Source: Asterionella formosa (lineage: Eukaryota). From it: a stretch of DNA of 56,166 nt. The translations under genes and the position numbers were made by a program. Every line of letters starts with the position of its first letter. Within the stretch, counting starts at the first letter, position 1. Below are positions 47,405 to 56,166 of the stretch, in pieces. The DNA lies in the NCBI GenBank assembly GCA_002256025.1, contig NKIB01013520.1:1-56166 (forward strand), read 5' to 3'. The notes under the pieces are model-generated. The model was given only the letters and a program-made list of their open reading frames with translations. It did no database searches and was not told where the DNA came from.

Positions 47405-49150
47405 TTAAGTGAGATCAAGCCATTCCATTAGTTTCCGGCTTCCACCTTGTTGAAGCTCCGTAGCCATTTGTATTAATTCGCCACCACGCGGAAACATGGT
47501 ACCAGTACTTTTGTCATCATCCTCACCATCAGTCGTCTCGTCCACCCCACTGTCCGTTTGGCCATCACAAGAAGTCTCCTCATCCATTAAAACCTCCCGT
47601 GACAAGAAACTGGACACTTCACTATATTCACTTGGTGGTCCAAACATGGATCCTGTATCTCCTGTGTTACAGCTCGACTCAGATTCCCTGAGGTATGAAA
47701 TGCAGCTGTCCTCGTCCCCCAAATCAAATGTTGTATCGTCATCATCGTTACACGAATCATCCTGTTCTGTGATTCTCTTCGACACCGTGAATAGATTGGC
47801 AGCGGTCAATGGAGCCGTCCGTGGGACTGCCGCAACCGTTCGTCTCGGCACCAACGGCAGCGGTGGTGGTACAGATTTTTGTTGTTGAGATGTGGCGAAT
47901 CGCAATGCATGGGAAAGTTCCTTTGCTGATTTTTCCTTTGGAGATGGCGTCACAACAGGAGTTTCCATCTCGAGACCTCCACGCATCGAGATCATTTGAG
48001 GGTGACTTTTAGCGGTAGCTCCAAAACGCGTATGACACTGTGAAGGTTTGCAAGCTTCTTCGTCGTCGAATGTGAAAGAATCACTGCTCAGCACTACGTG
48101 AATTATTTCCTTGTGTTCGCTCATAGGTTGATCAATCACAGAGGGCTCCTTGCTTGGATCAACTTTGGTTTCTTCATTTCTCCAGGATTTCTCAGTAGAA
48201 TGGAAAACAAAAGAAGCAGATTTCTGGGCGGAACCAGTTACTGATATCGAGGGCGCCGTCATGCTACGACAAAAAGTAATAGGTACCTTTGATGGGCAAA
48301 CGTCGATTTCATGGTGCACAACGTCAGAAGGCAGGTTCGGGTTCTCGATCAACGAACGGCTAGTAGGGTCAGCTACATCCTTTTTCACCATTGCTTGGTG
48401 AAGCAACCTCACTTCTTCGGCAGCACTCATAGCTCGTTCGATGGCAGGTGGCAAGACAATATCTCTGTTGTCCAACCACCTACCAGGAGGATCAATCGGC
48501 GCAGGACCAAGACAGGGGGAAATCAAGCGATCTCGAACAGTTCTGGTAGCAAGCTGTAGGGTGGATTCTACTTTTCGCTCAGATTTCTTCTCTGGCTGAA
48601 TTCTTGATGTTTCGCCGACTATCCCGATCTCTACATCATCATTTGCATCTGTAATTATCTCCATGGTTTGTATAAGTCTAATTGGCGACGACGTGGGTGA
48701 AACTGGTTGATCTTCAGTGATAGGAGCCTTGTCATTCTGGAATTGTTTTTCCTCCTCGTGAGGACATTCAAAGGGCTCGTTGCTATCGTTTTCGAAGATG
48801 CCTTTTCCAGAATCTACTTTGGGGGGGCTGTCGCTATTATTTGCCAAGGGCTCCTCGTGGGTTTCGACAATGTCAACCGGCATGTCTACAGATTCGCCAG
48901 TCGTACTGGCGATGCCCCCAGTGTCTGGCGACGTAATCGTGCATAGTTGCTTTTCCTCGCTTTCATGCTGACGAACAACCACATCGTTATTATACCCTCC
49001 TGGACTACGAGGCACATGGCACTCAGTGGGCACCGTCTCGTCAGTTTGCAGGTTTTCAACGGCTCCTCGCTTTGGGGCTGAACCGAGGAGCTTTCTGAAG
49101 GACTTTAGGGGCCGAAACCTCCTTTTCTTGGTATCGATATCGCCCCTCAT
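47405..49150 (-). CDS. Hypothetical acidic, disordered protein (~580 aa)
   Basis: Long ORF with first ATG at 49150 (MRGDIDTKKRRFRPLKSFRKLLG); no recognisable domain. Confidence 0.75.
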   Translation of the reverse strand: MRGDIDTKKRRFRPLKSFRKLLGSAPKRGAVENLQTDETVPTECHVPRSPGGYNNDVVVRQHESEEKQLCTITSPDTGGIASTTGESVDMPVDIVETHEEPLANNSDSPPKVDSGKGIFENDSNEPFECPHEEEKQFQNDKAPITEDQPVSPTSSPIRLIQTMEIITDANDDVEIGIVGETSRIQPEKKSERKVESTLQLATRTVRDRLISPCLGPAPIDPPGRWLDNRDIVLPPAIERAMSAAEEVRLLHQAMVKKDVADPTSRSLIENPNLPSDVVHHEIDVCPSKVPITFCRSMTAPSISVTGSAQKSASFVFHSTEKSWRNEETKVDPSKEPSVIDQPMSEHKEIIHVVLSSDSFTFDDEEACKPSQCHTRFGATAKSHPQMISMRGGLEMETPVVTPSPKEKSAKELSHALRFATSQQQKSVPPPLPLVPRRTVAAVPRTAPLTAANLFTVSKRITEQDDSCNDDDDTTFDLGDEDSCISYLRESESSCNTGDTGSMFGPPSEYSEVSSFLSREVLMDEETSCDGQTDSGVDETTDGEDDDKSTGTMFPRGGELIQMATELQQGGSRKLMEWLDLT

Positions 49151-50438
49151 ATTAAAGGCAGCAAGCAAGGGGAAGAGCAGAGATGAAGACAGAGAGTAGA
49201 GAGTATGGAATCAGTCTATTAATATATAATAGGCACGTCCATATGGGTGTTTTCGTGAAGCAGGTCGAGCAGGCGAGCGAGCAAATGACGCATAAGTAGT
49301 ACAGTGGCTTTTAATAGTATTAGCTATACTAATTTTCCCCATCCTACCAGGTCCTATTTCGTAGCACACCACCCTTACTTGATTGGCGGCACAAGTCGGG
49401 CTAATTTATTTTCGTTTTCCTCATGAATGGATGATTCATTTGCAAATTTGTGGATCTTGAAATATTTACTTAGAAGCCATAAATCTACATATAGAAATAT
49501 GGACAGTTAGGTCTCAAGTCGTGCCACTCCTTAGGTAAGTTGTATTCGCATGTTCTCACATGGAGGAAAATGAGCGAAGGCCTATTTTCATAATCAGGTC
49601 TATTGAATTCTGAATGTGGCTAATTCTGTGTCCGGCTCGTATTGTTTATAAATGCTCAGGAGTGATCGAATCCTTGATAACATACTTTATTGATTTCTGC
49701 ATGTTTAAGGATTTCCATACACTCAGAGCCAGGGATCATTTTCATGTCCCCGCGCAATCGGAGTACCGGTACCGGTACCCAAATTGGGCACGGTTGACGT
49801 GCTGTTATTATCTTTGAATAATTGCATACACATGTTTTTTTGTAAAAATTTGTTGCATTCTCATTTTATCATCCATTAAAAATACCATTTCATGTTGAAC
49901 CAACTGGCACCTAGCTATAGTATTTACCCAGTGATCGCGGTACCAGTACAAGTAAAAAGCTGCATTGACCCACAGGAAAAAAAATCGAACTGCATTGACT
50001 CACTGACAGTATAAAAAACACAATTTTTTTCTTAAATAAGCTCTAGAATCTATCTTGAGCATATGCTAGATGGTGTCATACTGTTAGTTCTCAGCTGATT
50101 GGGTGTCCATCCTTCGTTAATTTAGGTCTAAAGTGGCAGTCGGGAAAAGAAGCGAAAAGCTCGGATTATCCCAATTTTGGAGTTCTCATCTTATATTGTG
50201 TACAACGATTCATATAAATTTCTCGCATTTTATGTCTTATCCATTACCTTGTCAATAATAATTCTGTAAATAAACATAGACAAAACGACACCAGCCACAC
50301 CCCACCAATAACATATAGAATATGATATATATGTATATATGTGTGAGACAGCTAGAATATATACCAGTAAAGTGAAAATTCTAATGGGAATATATGATAT
50401 ACGCATTTTATGCTTTACCACTCACAATATTGAGCATC

Positions 50439-51795
50439 ATGCCAAAGAAAAGAAAACTCACCAGGTGCAAACCTGATCATTCTAAAGAGATGATAGAAAA
50501 ATGTTTGCTTGCCATTGCTACTGATATGGAATTGTTGAAAGCCAACAACAGTAGAAAACTTCCCTAGTATGACCATGATGCACTCACCAAAGCAATAAAT
50601 GAAATGAAGTTTATACTCCCATGGTTGATGGTTGTTAAAGTCAAGTATTACCTAACCAAGCAAGATAAACTACAATTCCAAGCAGATGTTGCTTCTGTTC
50701 CTAATCCCAGCAGCCACCAGCATACTGAATCACAAACAAGTGCGATATCTGATTTGACAAAGGATGGTGGATTTAATGTAAAACTGTCTAATCAATATGA
50801 GAGTTTCTCCTACATCGATGAAACTCTCTATCTGGTGTAGTGTTGGATGAATATGAAGAAAGTACTACTATGGACTTAACTACCCCTACCATTGTCAATA
50901 CTAGTACTACTTTTGGAGCAAGTCGTCCAAAGGGGACCACAACTACCTTTAGCACTGCCATGATGGAAAAACTGACCAAGCAGTGCATTGTGAGCTCAGC
51001 AGAAGAAATTATGAGTGCGAGAGAGGCAGAAATAAAAGAACAGAAATAAGCAGGCAAATACACAATAACCTGCATAATAAAGGGATGGAAGGAGGCGCTT
51101 GGTATGCCTCCTGCTGTTGTTTTTAAAAAAGTAACAGTTAGAAATGGGGTCAAAAGACTCAACCAAAAAGGGCTGAAAGAAGCATTCATCCCACTAATTT
51201 TGGAAGTCGAGGATTGTTTGCATTGGCATCCCATATGGAACGGGTTACTGGCATGTCAGCGACAGTACCAAATAAAACGGATGCTTCAAAATTTATTTGA
51301 AACAGGAAAAGCAAGAGGGAACTACTTACCAAGAATACTATTTACAATTCGCCTTATGCAATTGAAAAGATAGATGATGTTGGAATTGTTTTGCATGAAT
51401 GTGACCAGATTTTGGCAAAGGAAAAACCAAATAAGAAAGCGATTATGGATTGGGGCTGGGGACGAGCATTGAATAACGATGCAATCAAAAAAAAACAGAT
51501 GACCCGAAATGGAGGAGGCATACAAATAAATGAAGCAAACCATAGCACCATGACTCCTGCTGCTAAGCTCAATCTGACAGAAGGAATTTCCGGATCATTG
51601 ACCAACCAAATTGTGGAGTATCATATTAAGAGGGAAGATGCAAGAAGTAGAGCAAATGCAAACGAAAATGAAAGGCGGAAAAGGCGAGCAACTGCACAAG
51701 GCGGAATTGACCAGCACGAAAGGATGACTGAAGGGCTGCACTTCCTCGCTGTTGGGAATACAAGTTTGTGTCCAACTTAACTTGCACACATACGG
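50439..51795 (+). pseudogene. Internally deleted pogo/Tc1-like transposase remnant with a candidate right terminus
   Basis: Broken frames MPKKRK..., SRPKGTT, TVRNGVKRLN.KG...LEVED and LNLTEGISGSL...RMTEGLHFLAVG. It ends GTGTCCAACTTAACTTGCACACATACGG. The family assignment is from motif recollection only. Confidence 0.45.
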
Positions 51796-52199
51796 GAGAC
51801 TCATTGGAGGCAGCAAATTTTTCGGAACCACATTTCCGACACTGTTTACGACACTCGTTCAAATTTATATCTAAAGTGACATATTTGTCTTACTCTTCTA
51901 AAATGTTATGGCACTTCTTTCTGAATTTAGTTGGTTTTAACAACAATTTATATGTCCTAAATCAATTTTTTCACCTATTAAATAATTATGTGTTCAAACC
52001 AAAAATTATGTGTTTTCGCGACAATATGCGCTGACCAACTAGTCGTTGCTACAGTATAATGGCGAAATTAGCTATGCTGCTTCGTGGCCATTTGATGCTC
52101 GTCTCACCACATAATTAAATAAAGAGTCCCTACTTACGATTCAATTATTATTTTGAAGCGATCCAAGAATTCTCTGTGTATTTTCATATCTCTTCCTTC

Positions 52200-52856
52200 A
52201 ACTAGTGCCCTAGCTATGTGTTTACTAGGTCGATGATTAAACATTTTGTCTTGACCATGGCAAACTTATTAGACCGAATATCTCAACAAAAATCGACAAT
52301 CAACTATTGCTATTTCGTACATGTATCTTTTAGTAGCCTAACATAGATGAGTTAATCGCTCAATAATAAAATCTTTTGTATTAATATTGTCGACAAAAAT
52401 TGAAATTTCTGCTAGCATTTGCTTTTGTCGTCGTTTGCTCAGTTTTGAGTATAAGAACAAAGTAGAGAAATAGTTGATTCCGCGGTGGGTCGTTTGATAA
52501 CTTTTACGAGGTAACTATTTCTATCTACTGTACAAATGGATCAGAAAACTTTACCCAACGAATTCTCAGAAGTGGTACAACAGCTCAAGATGCAAGAAGA
52601 TACCTCAAGGTATTTTTTGTACTGATTTTCATATATGTACTAATTGTCATGGATAATCTTTCTATTGAATCTTGAATAGTAGGTCATTTTGAAGTAAAAT
52701 ATAGACCTACATGTAGACAGACAGCATTGCATTGCTTATTCTTTATGTGACTACAAAATTCCTATTGCATGAATAGTCATAAATTACACTGACTAAGTAA
52801 TTAACCATTTTCGTAAACTTTTTTGCAAGAAAAGTTATTTCTCATCAATGTGAACC
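52200..52856. mobile_element. Partial relative of the 21631-22591 element
   Basis: Shared blocks TCTTGACCATG, TTTGCTCAGTTTTGA, TCCGCGGT, GGTACAACA..TCAAGATGCAA and CATTTTCG..ACTTTT.TGCAA. Confidence 0.6.
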
Positions 52857-54230
52857 TTGATGATATTTCTTGCCATTGGCTATTCTAGCACTGGGATTTT
52901 TAACACCAGATGTTAATTCAAATGAAACCCTGTTGAGTGAACTACTTTTTGCCAACTTCAATCAATTGTAAACACTAAGGAAGAGGGTGAGTTTGCCAAG
53001 ATGTGTGAAGCAATAAACCTCTTAGTTGCATTGATGGTAAAAATACCTGAAACCCTTCAGAAATTGGTCCAGTTCACAGGCTTTCTTTGTGGGATGCCTT
53101 ATCGTCTATGGGGAATGCTATTCTGGAAGTCAAAGGTGAGGAACCAAATCTGTCTCCCAGTTTTCTCAAATGTCTTCATGATTTTTAAGCAAATCAATAA
53201 ATTTACAAGAAGGAAATAGTTTTTAAGTGCTAGACCTTCGGCCAGGCAAACTTAAGGATCGCATCAAAGCAATTGGGACAGACCTTCTCCCCCATCATAC
53301 TCAGTCCAATGACAAAGCGCCCCTTAAAACAGGATCAAAGTAGTGGAATGATCTCCGAGTCCTTAATCCGATGGAGTTGCATGGGGATGAGGATCTGTTT
53401 TGGTCTGCTGGAAGGTTTGCCATCATCCTCAAAGACAGATAACCAACAGGGGTCTCTTGTTGTCAGACTGCTGGAACACGAACTTGATTGAGACTCATGT
53501 CCGCACCCTTCTGGCGGAGTTAAATGATCAGGCCATTAGGTTTGGTAGCCTGAGACTTCGGTCACTAGGTGAAGTGAAGAGTTAGTAAAGGTGCAAACTG
53601 GAGTTACCAAATTTGGTCAACACAAACACTAATTTTGGGGTTATGAGTACATCAGTTTATGTTGTAGTACACATTATACAATATTTATTTATTTATTACC
53701 AGAGCGCACCCAGTATCATTTATGCATACCGTATGCCTGCATGAATATTGATTAGCATGCGTGCATGATTCTCAACTCCAAGCATTACCACGCGTAAGCG
53801 AGGAGACCCGCCACTGTAGAATAAAACGGCATCCGAAGATATCATGGTTATACGGATAGTTTATATTACTATAGGTATCGCCCAAGACACTAAGGGATAG
53901 ACCTCCCTCCTAGACTGGGAGTCCGAAAGCTCATTGTTGTAATAGAATGACGAGACATGATAAACGGTGGTGTATTATAGTCCTATCTGCTTAATATATT
54001 ACTCCGAGTTTTCCGGAGTTGCAGTGCCACTGTTCCTTGCATCTCCAGGAGTCGTAGATGATAGTCTCGTTTTCAATAATTTTGGTTCTAATAACTGTAT
54101 GATGAGTTCAGCCATGTAACCCGATGCATTTAAAAATTGTAAGCCATGACCAATATCCTGCTGGCGGAGTCAGATAAAAGAAGATACAAGTGATCGAGGT
54201 TGACAAACCTGAAGACTTTGTTAGAAAACG

Positions 54231-55524
54231 TCAAAACGACCCACTAGTATCCATGTCTGGCGACTCAGTGTCAGATCTGAGGAGCTCTCCATTAAAGAGA
54301 TCGAAATCGTCAACAGGCTCGGCGCTGATACTCGGCAGTGCCTCATGGTTTACAGAGTGACGGTAGCTGGCATTTTGCATCGGATGGCTGGTATATCTGG
54401 GATATCCCCCATACATAATCGTTGGGTGACGAAGCGGCTGGTTTTCTTGTTGTTCATAAGCGATCCATGCATTTTCATAGTACCGGCGCCTCTTGGATGA
54501 AGAATGATACATCGGCTGCTGTTGGTAGTGCGCAGCTGGCATGGACCTCATCGGTGTTGGGGGTTCGTCCCGCATTGACCTCATCGGTGTTGGAGCTTCT
54601 CCTACTATGGACCTCATTGGTGTTGGGTGTTCTTCACGCATGGACCTCATTGGTGCTGGGGATTCTTCTCGCGTGGACCTGTGCAGATTAGTAGGGTAGC
54701 CTTCCCAATCTCTAGGACGTCGCCGACGATACATCTCCATTATTGGAGGCGCCGATCTGGACCGCTGCTGTTTTTCTGAAAGCGTCTCCATATCTTTTTC
54801 AAGTTCACCCTCGCTAGCATCCGCAGCTGAATTCATTCCCACCGCAACCGCATCTCGCAAAACCTGCGAGGCCTTTTCACGTGCTACCTCGTCACCCACA
54901 TCTTCCCAAAAGCCTGCATCGTCCTTCTTGAGGAATCTACCTGGCGGATCCAACTCTCGAACGCGCCTCACTAGCTCGCGAGATATATAGGACTTGCCCT
55001 TCTTCGAAGACATGCGGTAGTTCTCGGCCTGAGAGCGAGCCATGGTACGAAGCTTCTCGTTTCCGCACCATTGATTGTTTTTCCCACCTCGTCCCATCAG
55101 GACATCGTGGCCATGAGGCTCCATGTGCTCTGACTCTGTCGGCAAATGATGCAGAAGCGCCTGCTTGTATTGGTTGTCGTCGTACTCCTGGTGGCAAGGC
55201 AAGAAAAACAAGAAAAGAGTGGTCAGAACGACTGCAGTGAAATAAAACATTTATACGAATCGTAGATACGGATAAACACGACTTCGTCTCAGTGACTTCC
55301 GACCATGACTCTTATTCGAATGATGCGCCTACCTCTCTTTCCAAGACAACCTCCACACCGTACGTTCCATGCAAAAAATCTTCAAAGTCTGGATTATTCC
55401 TGTTTTTACGGGTGATTGAAGGGGGCATTGCTAGTGAGTTTCCGCAACATGTGTACCGGTAATTGTTTTCAACCCAACGTCGCATTGTGTGTGCATCAGA
55501 TTCAGAGAAAAGTGATGCTTCCAT
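54231..55524 (-). CDS. DUF6824-type domain protein (probable exons 55524-55333 and 55187-54231), with a 12-aa tandem repeat
   Basis: PHGHDVLMGRGGKNNQWCGN...K...S..LV..V...PPGRFLK...W..V...AREKASQVLRD is the typical diatom DUF6824 pattern. Phase-0 intron GTAGGC...CTGAC...CCAG. PTPMRSMR repeats at 54540-54680. Exon 1 is less certain. Confidence 0.8.
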
Positions 55525-56166
55525 TTATATATGACAAAAGATCAAAGAACGATGTACATTTATCGGGGAGCGATGGTCGCACAGTAACAGCTTAAGTACA
55601 GTGCCGATCGTGTTTTCAACCATCTATTCAGTACCGAATTACGTAGAAAACGACAAGAAAGCGAGCCAGTCGGCGCAATCTTGGAACGACGTCGACTCAC
55701 TCGACTGGTTTTCCTACAAGACTCCCTTCGAAACCCTTGACAATCATCAATTTCCCCTCTTTATGCATCATGATTGATACAATGAGGTCATGAGTTGCAA
55801 CAGCCTATTATTGATTGCCTGTCTACGATAAATTTGCCGCGAACCCAAGAAAAGGTAGAGCTCCATGTTGTCATTGAGGCCGTACAGAAAGTACCTTGTG
55901 CCCAAGAGGTCACTCGTAGTAGGTCCTTAGACTATTGGCGTGCACCGAGCGAGCAAGCTGTCCACGAACCACTCCGACCGTGGCGGATGGCTATTGCGAC
56001 ATTTGAATATACCAACGACAAAGAAAATGTCGACATGAAAATGGTGATGAACTTACCCCATCGACTGAATTGACGCTTCGAGACTAAAGCTGCTAAAAAT
56101 CGATGGTTTGTTGACGTGATGGGGTGATTCGAATTGAATTCCTGACGAAACACTGATTTGTTTATT

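Noticed and set aside
31185..49000. Many 60-200 aa antisense or overlapping ORFs in the ORF track
   Set aside because: They are shadows of the real genes on the opposite strand or frame.
50439..51795. Fanzor/TnpB-type RNA-guided nuclease
   Set aside because: No RuvC D-E-D motifs or zinc ribbon are seen here or in any other ORF in the window.
52860..53600. Transposase-like remnant on the minus strand (VCPNC..IL, FDFQ)
   Set aside because: Too many stops, and motifs too short to assign a family without a search.
55795..56073. Short ORF at the right edge
   Set aside because: Starts at TTG, is 92 aa, has no motif and lacks the context needed to judge it.

Overview
Eukaryotic nuclear DNA, most consistent with a diatom (inference from CoDi-type Copia motifs, a DUF6824-type protein and ~70-nt GT-AG introns). 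Positions 1-31 kb are an AT-rich nest of transposon remnants. They include three copies of a gene-carrying DNA transposon family with CGTCTG...CAGACG ends, five TTAA-flanked GG...CC (Kolobok-like) non-autonomous elements, two degenerate Copia elements, MITEs and tRNA-headed SINE-like repeats. One intact intronless AAA+ ATPase gene sits among them. Positions 31-49 kb are gene-dense: an M14 carboxypeptidase, a protein with an MCM3-like C-terminus, divergent mitochondrial mL40 and EF-Ts genes, a 4-exon FIG4/SAC phosphatase and two unknown disordered proteins. Positions 50-56 kb hold more transposon remnants and a DUF6824-type gene. The most unusual signals are (i) pervasive TA-CC(N0-2)GG-TA micro-insertions that differ between paralogous repeat copies and look like stacked transposon excision footprints, (ii) the CGTCTG-ended cargo-carrying transposon family and (iii) TTAA-sharing tandem/foldback Kolobok-like elements with conserved internal hairpins. 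All alignments and translations were done by eye; no database searches were run.
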